This document shows, one piece after another, positions 53,843 through 64,000 of a stretch of DNA of 64,000 nucleotides. Source of the DNA: Eledone cirrhosa (taxonomy: Eukaryota); NCBI GenBank assembly GCA_964016885.1, contig OZ024758.1, forward strand, positions 7,936,001 through 8,000,000. Reading direction: 5' to 3'. A model generated the notes under the pieces. It was not told the DNA's origin. It saw only the letters and a list, made by a program, of their open reading frames with translations, and did no database searches. The position numbers and the translations under genes were made by a program. How positions within the stretch are numbered: the first letter of the stretch is position 1; each line of letters starts with the position of its first letter.

Positions 53843-56035
53843 GGATACACTAACTTGGGTACTATTACTACACATAGAAGTTCGTAGGATACACTAACTA
53901 GGGTACTATTACTACACATAGAAGTTGGTAGGATACACTAACTTGGGTACTATTACTACACATAGAAGTTGGTAGGATACACTAACTAGGGTACTATTAC
54001 TACACATAGAAGTTGGTAGGATACACTAACTTGGGTACTATTACTACACATAGAAGTTGGTAGGATACACTAACTAGGGTACTATTACTACACATAGAAG
54101 TTGGTAGGATACACTAACTAGGGTACTATTACTACACATAGAAGTTGGTAGGATACACTAACTTGGGTACTATTACTACACATAGAAGTTGGTAGGATAC
54201 ACTAACTAGGGTACTATTACTACACATAGAAGTTGGTAGGATACACTAACTTGGGTACTATTACTACACATAGAAGTTGGTAGGATACACTAACTTGGGT
54301 ACTATTACTACCATGGAAGTTGGTTGGATACACTAACTAGGGTACTATTACTACACATAGAAGTTGGTAGGATACACTAACTTGGGTACTATTACTACCA
54401 TGGAAGTTGGTTGGATACACTAACTAGGGTACTATTACTACACATAGAAGTTGGTAGGATACACTAACTTGGGTACTATTACTACCATGGAAGTTGGTTG
54501 GATACACTAACCAGGGTACTATTACTACACATAGAAGTTGGTAGGATACACTAACTAGGGTACTATTACTACACATAGAAGTTGGTAGGATACACTAACT
54601 AGGGTACTATTACTACACATAGAAGTTGGTAGGATACACTAACCAGGGTACTATTTCTACCATAGAAGTTGGTAGGATACACTAACTAGGGTACTATTAC
54701 TACACATAGAAGTTGGTAGGATACACTAACTTGGGTACTATTACTACACATAGAAGTTGGTAGGATACACTAACTAGGGTACTATTACTACGCATAGAAG
54801 TTGGTAGGATACACTAACTAGGGTACTATTACTACACATAGAAGTTGGTAGGATACACTAACCAGGGTACTATTTCTACCATAGAAGTTGGTAGGATACA
54901 CTAACTAGGGTACTATTACTACACATAGAAGTTGGTAGGATACACTAACTTGGGTACTATTACTACACATAGAAGTTGGTAGGATACACTAACTAGGGTA
55001 CTATTACTACACATAGAAGTTGGTAGGATACACTAACTTGGGTACTATTACTACACATAGAAGTTGGTAGGATACACTAACTAGGGTACTATTACTACAC
55101 ATAGAAGTTGGTAGGATAAACTAACTTGGGTACTATTACTACACATAGAAGTTGGTAGGATACACTAACTAGGGTACTATTACTACACATAGAAGTTGGT
55201 AGGATACACTAACTTGGGTACTATTACTACACATAGAAGTTGGTAGGATACACTAACTAGGGTACTATTACTACACATAGAAGTTGGTAGGATACACTAA
55301 CCAGGGTACTATTACTACACATAGAAGTTGGTAGAATACACTAACCAGGGTACTATTACTACACATAGAAGTTGGTAGGATACACTAACTTGGGTACTAT
55401 TACTACACATAGAAGTTGGTAGGATACACTAACTAGGGTACTATTACTACACATAGAAGTTGGTAGGATACACTAACCAGGGTACTATTACTACACATAG
55501 AAGTTGGTAGGATACACTAACCAGGGTACTATTACTACACATAGAAGTTGGTAGGATACACTAACTTGGGTACTATTACTACACATAGAAGTTGGTAGGA
55601 TACACTAACTAGGGTACTATTACTACACATAGAAGTTGGTAGGATACACTAACCAGGGTACTATTACTACACATAGAAGTTGGTAGGATACACTAACTAG
55701 GGTACTATTACTACACATAGAAGTTGGTAGGATACACTAACTAGGGTACTATTACTACACATAGAAGTTGGTAGGATACACTAACTTGGGTACTATTACT
55801 ACACATAGAAGTTGGTAGGATACACTAACTAGGGTACTATTACTACACATAGAAGTTGGTAGGATACACTAACTAGGGTACTATTACTACACATAGAAGT
55901 TGGTAGGATACACTAACTAGGGTACTATTACTACACATAGAAGTTGGTAGGATACACTAACTAGGGTACTATTACTACACATAGAAGTTGGTAGGATACA
56001 CTAACCAGGGTACTATTTCTACCATGGAAGTTGGT
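53843..56035. repeat. 44-bp minisatellite, ~50 copies, preceded by a 23-bp repeat (~53605-53810)
   Basis: Unit GGATACACTAACTWGGGTACTATTACTACACATAGAAGTTGGTA. Confidence 0.98.
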
Positions 56036-56092
56036 TGCATGTGTGTATAGAATGCACTAATCAAGGTACTGTTTCTCCACATGGAAGTTGGT

Positions 56093-56141
<49 letters not shown>

Positions 56142-56172
56142 CACTAATCAAGGTACACATGGAAGTTGGTTA

Positions 56173-56221
<49 letters not shown>

Positions 56222-56963
56222 CACTAATCAAGGTACTGTTTCTCCAAATTCTTACAAATGAATAATGAGAAAATGCTTCAATTATTTTGTTTTTCTATTT
56301 GTCCTTCATCTCAACATTGTATTTTGTTGTTGTTGTTGTTGTCGTCGTCGTCCCCCCCCCCCCCCTTCCTCTTTATGACAAAGGGCTGTCTACTTTACTC
56401 AACAGTTTACAAATCATTGCTCTGCTGGCCTTCCTAAGTCCTTAGCCAAGCCGGATATTGTTGATGTCAAACCTATACACACCCTCACAGTGTGTACATA
56501 CATATCTGGAGCCTGCTTTATAATAGATGTATCTCTATATATTTAATATGTACATGTGTACTTGCATGTATTACTATGTAAAAATAACATCATCCGTGAT
56601 GAAATGCACTTACAAGTAATTTTATTGCTAGCCGTTCTTTTATCTGATTTCATTAATATGTATAATTTAGTTATTACAATACATTACTAATATTGAGGTT
56701 TACAATCATCCATGAACTTAACCTTTCTTTTCATTCTCTGTCATCTTGTTTTTTTGTCGGCCATCTTGTCAATATTTATTTATTACTATTTTCATTGTCG
56801 TCATTTCTATCAATAATCAACACTAATATGCCTAGACATTGTTTTCCTTCACAAACATCTTGTAAAACGGTCTTCCTGTACTTCAGCTTGTACACCATCT
56901 TCGGTTGAACATTATTAACAACCATCTTTTATTCTGATTATTCACTGACATGAAGTCAGTATC

Positions 56964-57006
<43 letters not shown>

Positions 57007-57555
57007 GCATGCACATGTGTGTGTGTCTGTGCATATATCTATGCAAGTGAACGTGTGTGTGTACATATATCTGTGCACAAGTGAACGTGTATATCTGTGC
57101 AGGTACACATTGTGTGTGTCTGTATGTATGTATGTGTCTGTCTGTCTGTCTATGAGACTGTGTCTGTGTTCACACAAAATCCAAACAGATTTCTTTTAGA
57201 AATTTCATACAGCCTGCCTCCCACAAGCAAAGGGAAGCTTTTAGTTATCAAAATAATCAAAAGCATTCTGAAATTCTTCCAGCTGGTATTTTGGATGCTA
57301 TTATCATAAGCCCCCATTCCTATCATTGAGGGCATTTTATAGGAAACAGACTGTATAAACTCATTCTAGTCCCTGAATTGTTTAGATCCTTTTCAGTTGA
57401 TACCTTTTCCTTATTTTATCCGATACTGTCTCTATACTTGTTGGCAATTATAGTTACACTGGCAGAACATAATCCCCTTATTTCAGTAAGATATTCACTG
57501 TAAAACTATACTAATTATCAACTACCACAACCACTTTGTTTAGAGGTATATTATA

Positions 57556-58087
57556 CAGGGTTTATCAAAAAGGTTATATTTCAAAAGGCTATATCTTTGA
57601 AACAAGTGACCCTATAATCATGTGGTAACTTACTTGTACAATACATGTCTGAATATAAAGTTGTTGTTTTTACATAATAAAATTATTTACATTTTGAGCA
57701 AATAAAATCGTAAATAAAATCAGATGATTCTTTTTGATAAACTCTGTATATGTTTATATATATAATAGAGGAACCAGATGGACCATAACGCACCAGTGTA
57801 CTCAATACTTAGGGTAGTCCAGAAATAGCCGTCAAAACGGCTTGAGCTCTGCCGTCCGGGTCATACTTTCTCCTACATATATATATATGCATACATACAG
57901 GGTGTATCAAAAAGGCTATATTTTTACCAAATGACCATATAGTCATGTGGTAACTTGTACAATAGTTGTCTAAATATAAAGTGTTATTCTTTTCTATAAC
58001 TTTTCTCTATTTTTATTAAGTTATTTACATATTGAACATTTGTAGAAATTGTAAATAAAATCGGATGATTCTTTTTGATACAGCCTG
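57556..58087. mobile_element. Two Tc1/mariner-type MITEs (57556-57746 and 57898-58087)
   Basis: TA|CAGGGTKTATCAAAAAG ... CTTTTTGATA.....CTG|TA. Confidence 0.85.
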
Positions 58088-58655
58088 TATAAGTTGATAT
58101 GTTAGTCAGTGTAAAGTTATGATTGGTTACACTTCCATAAGTATAACATTAGATATCAGTAAGAAGAGAAGGGATATTCGGTGTAAAAAATATATCATCT
58201 GCCACTGACACTAAAAGGTAGAATAAGTATGTCAATGAGGATGGATAATCATTAGAATTTGCTGGGTTAGGGTGTGCAGGAATCAGTTTAGGGGATGTTG
58301 CTATGCCATGAGATGGAGCAAACACTAAACTTCCAGGTGTTAGACATACATTGTAAAAAGATATGATTATTATCATTTGTAAAAATATATGTTTTGATGC
58401 TTCATTTGTAAAACTCAAAGTATATCCTATTAATATATTTCCTCACAGACTTCTTCCATATTGTTTTATTTCCTTTAACATAAATCAATTCTTTTAGTCT
58501 TTTACTGTTTTTTCATTACACTGCAGGCAGCAAATTGGTAGAGTCGTTAGATCATCGGATTGAATGCTTTGTGGTTGTGGAATTAATTCTAGCTCTCTGC
58601 ACTCTGAGTTCAAATCCCACTGAGGTCAACTTTTCACCCAGTTATGGTCGATAAA

Positions 58656-59139
58656 AAAAGTACCAATCTAGGACTGGGGTTGATTCTTCCTCTTTATCTC
58701 TTTCTCACTTCCATTATGCCATTCTCTCTCTATCCTAAAAGTACCAGTCTAATACTGGGGTCGATTCTTCCTCTTTATCTCTTTCTCACTTCCATTATGC
58801 CATTCTCTCTCTATCCTAAAAGTACCAGTCTAATACTGGGGTCGATTCTTCCTCTTTATCTCTTTCTCACTTCCATTATGCCATTCTCTCTCTATCCTAA
58901 AAGTACCAGTCTAATACTGGGGTCGATTCTTCCTCTTTATCTCTTTCTCACTTCCATTATCCCATTCTCTCTCTATCCTAAAAGTACCAGTCTAATACTG
59001 GGGTCGATTCTTCCTCTTTATCTCTTTCTCACTTCCATTATGCCATTCTCTCTCTATCCTAAAAGTACCAGTCTAATACTGGGGTTGATTCTTCCTCTTT
59101 ATCTCTTTCTCACTTCCATTATCCCATTCTCTCTATCCT
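58656..59139. repeat. 81-bp tandem repeat (~6 copies) starting inside a SINE family A copy (58525-58685)
   Basis: Unit AAAAGTACCAGTCTAATACTGGGGTCGATT plus a CT-rich flank; 27-aa periodicity in the ORF track. Confidence 0.93.
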
Positions 59140-59826
59140 TCTCTGGAAAAATAATTCTGCTATATTCAGACCTGGAGAAGAGATGGGCCCTCCCAGGTTT
59201 TGGGGTTGATTCTTCCTCTTTATCTTTTTCTTACTTCCTTTCTCTCGTTCTCTCTATCTTTCTCTGGAAAAAAATCTGCTGTATTCAGACCTGGAGAGGA
59301 TTGGGCCCCGCTAGGTTTTAAAAATGCCCTAGAAATGCTGTATGTTCATACAGTGGCCCTACCACTCCCTCAAGTTATGGGACCAGGCATGCATTAGACT
59401 GCAACCGCGCTAGTACATTACGTTGAAAGGATGTAGTCAATTATATCAACCCAATTACTTTTTTCTTTTTATAATAACCTGGTAGTTATATTGTCATGGT
59501 GATGAATTAGCAGAGTCGTTAGAACACCTGATAGAATGCTTTGCAGTATTTGTTCTGGCTCTTGGCTCTCGCAGTTCAAATCTCACCAAGAAATCTGCTG
59601 TAATCAGACCCCAGACGTGAACTTAGTAGGTGCATAAGTAGAAGACATTTGTCCTGTTGTGTGCCATGTTGTGAGATTGAACCTAGAACCATGTGGGTGC
59701 CTGGTGAACTCCTTTACCACACAGCCATGTCTGTACCTATATAATCAATACCACTAAACCCTGATTACTTTCACCCACATTCCTCCTCCTTCCTGCTTTA
59801 GTTGACCTGTCCTCACACTTCACCTG

Positions 59827-59862
<36 letters not shown>

Positions 59863-59939
59863 AATTTCTCCACACAGAGTAACTAATTCTTTCTACATGA
59901 CAACACCACTACATTGCTTACAATACAACAGCTAACAAT

Positions 59940-60137
59940 GCTCTCCCCCCGCCCTCTCTATCTCTCTTTCTCTCTCTTTCTCTCTCTCCCCCTCTCTCTC
60001 CATCTATATCTATATCTCCATCCCAATCTCTCTCTCTCCCCATTTCGCTATCTCTCTCTCCATATCTTCCTCTCCTTCCCCTCCTCTCTCTCCATCTATA
60101 TCTCTATCTCTCTCGTCATCTCTCTCTCTCTCCCCCC

Positions 60138-60218
<81 letters not shown>

Positions 60219-60269
60219 CTCTCTCCATCTATATCTCTATCTCTCTCCTCATCTCTCTCTCTCCCCATT

Positions 60270-60313
<44 letters not shown>

Positions 60314-60360
60314 TCTTCCCCCTCCTCTCTCTATCTCACTCCCTATCTCCCCCACCTCCC
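59940..60360. repeat. (CT)n-rich polypyrimidine tract
   Basis: Direct reading. Confidence 0.9.
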
Positions 60361-60734
60361 CAAGCTGTCTTCTATTCACCTAATCTTAACAGCCTATCTA
60401 ACCTGTTTTCCTCAAAGTTGCCAGTCTTCATGCTTATTAAACTCCTTACCTTGGCTAATGTCATCTTCCCTTTCCCATCCCTCACCTTCCTCTCCTTTAT
60501 ACTATTATATTCTCCTCTACCTCATTACCTCTAGTCTATTTTTTTTTTTTGGGGGGGGGGGGGGTCACCACTAGTAAATATTTCATCTTTTCCCAACAAA
60601 CTCTACCAACACAAACCATTAAATCCTTCCCCCTCCCTCCTCTTCTTTACTGCAAACTAATTTATTCCACTTTTCTAAACTATTTCTACTTACAATATTT
60701 GCCAATGTGAACCATCATTATTTTTTCTCAGACC

Positions 60735-61454
60735 GGTGGATTGGCAGTATGGGTAGAGGGTCGGACACCATGGGTGCTGGATTGGCAGTATCGGTAGAGG
60801 GTCGGACACCGTGGGTGGTGGATTGGCAGTATGGGTAGAGGGTCGGACACCGTGGGTGGTGGATTGGCAGTATGGGTAGAGGGTCGGACACCATGGGAGG
60901 TGGGTTGGCAGTATCGGTAGAGGGTCGGACACCATGGGTGGTGGATTGGCAGTATGGGTAGAGGGTCGGACACCATGGGAGGTGGGTTGGCAGTATCGGT
61001 AGAGGGTCGGACACCATGGGTGGTGGATTGGCAGTATCGGTAGAGGGTCGGACACCATGGGTGGTGGATTGGCAGTATCGGTAGAGTGTCGGACACCGTG
61101 GGTGGTGGATTGGCAGTATCGGTAGAGGGTCGGACACCGTGGGTGGTGGATTGGCAGTATCGGTAGAGGGTCGAACACCATGGGTGGTGGATTGGCAGTA
61201 TCGGTAGAGTGTCGGACACCATGGGTGGTGGATTGGCAGTATCGGTAGAGTGTCAGACACCATGGGAGGTGGGTTGGCAGTATCGGTAGAGGGTCGGACA
61301 CCATGGGTGGTGGATTGGCAGTATCGGTGGAGGGTCAGACACCATGGGTGGTGGATTGGCAGTATCGGTAGAGGGTCGGACACCATGGGTGGTGGATTAG
61401 CAGTATCGGTGGAGGGTTGGACACCATGGGTGGTGGATTAGCAGTATCGGTAGA
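60735..61454 (+). repeat. 41-bp tandem array (~17.5 copies) of the SINE family A 5' head
   Basis: Unit GGTGGATTGGCAGTATCGGTAGAGGGTCGGACACCATGGGT. Confidence 0.97.
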
Positions 61455-61645
61455 GGGCGGTGGATTGGCAGTATCGGTAGAGAGTCGGACACCATGCTTT
61501 CCAGCATAGTTACATCCCTTTACGATCTGAGTTCAAATCCCGCCGAGGTTGACTTTGCCTTTCATCCTTACGGGGTCGATAAAATAAAGTACCAGTAATG
61601 CACTGGGTAATTGCTGGCCTTGTGCCTAGAGTAGAAACAATTATT
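61455..61645 (+). mobile_element. Full-length SINE family A
   Basis: Near-identical to 9742-9926. Confidence 0.92.
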
Positions 61646-61708
61646 AGTCAGTCAAGTAATCAATTTATTAGTTGTGTAGTTAGTATGAAGCATTGTGAGA
61701 TATGTAAT

Positions 61709-61989
61709 AAAAGACTGATTAATTTCATTAAGCCAATATAATGTGGTAGAAATATATAAAGGGCGAAGGATGATCAACAAAACAAAGTAATGTTTTACCC
61801 AGTATATTTCAACATGATATTTCAACCCTATTTTTTTTTAAAACTGTTTCAGCTTCACATTTGAAAAGAGGGTTATAGGCCTGAAATATATTGGGTCAAA
61901 CATTACTTTCTTCAGTTTTATATGCCATCCTTTGCCCTTTATATATTTCTACCACATTGTACTGGCTTTCTGAAACTTATCAGTCTTTA
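61709..61989. repeat. Imperfect inverted repeat with ~120-bp arms
   Basis: AATGTGGTAGAAATATATAAAGGGCGAAGGATG versus CATCCTTTGCCCTTTTATATATTTCTACCACATT. Confidence 0.8.
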
Positions 61990-62739
61990 ATTCATTAGTT
62001 GGTTTTTTTTTACATTGTCAACACATTTTCTTTACTTATTCTGCAACATTATAAAGACTATTTCAGTCCTCTTTGGTTCCTCTCCGTTTCAATTTTGTTC
62101 TAGTTACTCCATCTTGTTATTCCAAAAGGATGAATGGCAAAGTGACCCCTGACAGGAATGTAATAATAGTAGTAATTCTTTCTAACATAGGCACAAAGCC
62201 AGCAATCTGGGGCTGAGTGTAAAGTCAATCATATCACTCCAAGTACTTTACTTTATTGATCCCAGAAGGATAAAAGGCAAATTTGACCTTGGGGGATTTG
62301 AAATCAGAACATATCGGGCAAAGTTATTTTGTTAATCCACCACCATTGATAGTTTCTAATGCCTTAGGACATCAATTTGGAAGGAGTGTAAATGTCATCC
62401 ACAACTTGACTGCTATTTCGTTTATCGTATATACTCAAATATGTTTCCTATTTACCTTTTCTTTTGCATAATCTGCCATGAATATTTGAAATTTTTTTTT
62501 TTTTTTTTTTTTTTCTGTTTTTTTTTCCTTTTATTTCTTTCTTTTTTTTTTAATCACTTGTCTCACTAGTTCTTTTTGATTACCAACTGTAAGGAGTACT
62601 CAGTACTTCCCTTAGTCTGCCATAGCTTACTAACTCTATAAGGACGTTTAGACGTTTAAATTTATTAGATAAATAAATGAATAAGCCAACCCCCTTATTT
62701 TATGTCTGAGAAATGGGCAAAAATCCAAACTTTATTTAA

Positions 62740-62949
62740 CCCTTTAGCATTTAAACCGGCCATATCCAGCCAGAATTCTCTCACCTCTTTCTGTTCAAAT
62801 TGGCTGTAACCAGTCTCCTCATACTTATGTTAGGGTATTTTTCTCAAAATAAATAAATCTTGTAGATTTGATATTATGTGAGATAATTATGTAAGATAAA
62901 GCCTTTACTGCAAAAATACAATAGTAAATATAGAGTAAATGCAAAAGGG
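62740..62949. mobile_element. piggyBac-type MITE nested in a Tc2-like MITE
   Basis: TTAA|CCCTTTAGC ... GCAAAAGGG|TTAA; the flanks rejoin to sequence like 6740-6810. Confidence 0.88.
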
Positions 62950-63429
62950 TTAAATAGAATTTGAAGTTGGTGAAAATCATCAAAATATTACCCTGAATAT
63001 AAGGCAACTCCTTTCTACCATCGATTTTTTTAGTCACATATTCCTCAGCTTATATTCAAGTATATACGGAGATTGATTCCAGTAGGATGAACAGCAAAGT
63101 CGATCTTAGTGGAATTTGCACTCAGAATGTAACTCAGGGCTGCAATTAATACCACAAGGTAGTTTGTCGAAAGGCCTAACAATTTTGCCAAATAGTTATG
63201 TAAAGTAAAATTCATTTAACGAGATCTGGTAAAATATATTTTGCTGTTTATTACCATCATGTGGAAGCTGATTGCAACAAGTCAGCCGTATTAATCAACA
63301 GTAAAAAGATTAATGCCAGTGCTTGACAATTTCCTGTCTACTACACAATATAGACATGCCTGATGTGTTAACTATCTTCATCTATATGGTACAGCTATAA
63401 ATGAATCAATCACAATCTGCTCCCTCTCT

Positions 63430-63483
63430 CTCTAATATATATATATATATATATATATACATATGTATATATACATATGTATA

Positions 63484-63532
<49 letters not shown>

Positions 63533-63757
63533 ATATATATGTATGTATATATATATATACATATGTGTATATATATATATATGTATGTGCGTATATATAT
63601 ATATATACATATGTGTATATATATATATGTGAGTATATATATGTATATATATATATGTATATATATGTGTGTGTATATATATACATATTTATATATACAC
63701 ATATGTATATATATATATACATATGTGTATATATATATGTGTGTATATATGTGTATA

Positions 63758-63831
<74 letters not shown>

Positions 63832-63964
63832 TATATATATATATATATACACATATATATGTGTGTGTATATATATATATATGTGTATATATATATATGT
63901 GTGTGTGTGTGTGTATATACATATATATGTGTGTGTGTATGTATATATGTATATATATATATAT
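63430..63964. repeat. (TA)/(TG) compound microsatellite
   Basis: Direct reading. Confidence 0.95.
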
Positions 63965-64000
63965 GCAAGCGTGGAAAAAAATGGACCTAAAAACGTTGGT

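Noticed and set aside
53843-56035. CRISPR-like regular repeats (also 1001-1983, 11991-12570, 60735-61454)
   Set aside because: Units are head-to-tail with no unique spacers, there are no cas genes, and the context is eukaryotic
56596-56647. C/D box snoRNA (GTGATGA...CTGA)
   Set aside because: No terminal stem and no recognisable antisense guide; the GCCGTTCTT match is sense to 18S rRNA
57213-57285. Next NUP188 exon (phase 2 to 0, LPPTSKGKLLVIKIIKSILKFFQL)
   Set aside because: Phases fit, but similarity to the expected NUP188 segment is unconvincing and the donor is mediocre

Overview
This is AT-rich, repeat-saturated animal genomic DNA, not prokaryotic. The SINE/LINE/MITE inventory and the (TA)n/(CA)n load look like an octopus-type coleoid cephalopod (inference). 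Nearly all ORF-track entries are translations of micro- or minisatellites or of decayed retroelements. Genic signal is sparse: one well-formed 74-nt + strand coding exon (45614-45687) resembling the N-terminus of nucleoporin NUP188, a candidate housekeeping promoter with a non-coding first exon near 2.3-2.64 kb, and a candidate 27-nt micro-exon. A 200-N gap (7704-7903) breaks continuity between them. The rest is two tRNA-derived SINE families, RTE-type and CRE-type LINE fragments, mariner/Tc2/hAT/piggyBac-type MITEs and at least 10 minisatellites. The main observations are: (1) a structurally complete type I hammerhead ribozyme on the minus strand at 46963-47033, with a degenerate second motif nearby; (2) many minisatellites are in-place amplifications of pieces of the local transposons, including about 18 copies of a SINE's Pol III A-box head; (3) SINE insertions with ATTAT-initial target duplications, and a SINE/LINE pair sharing a 3' tail. 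Family names and homologies are from recognition, not database searches.
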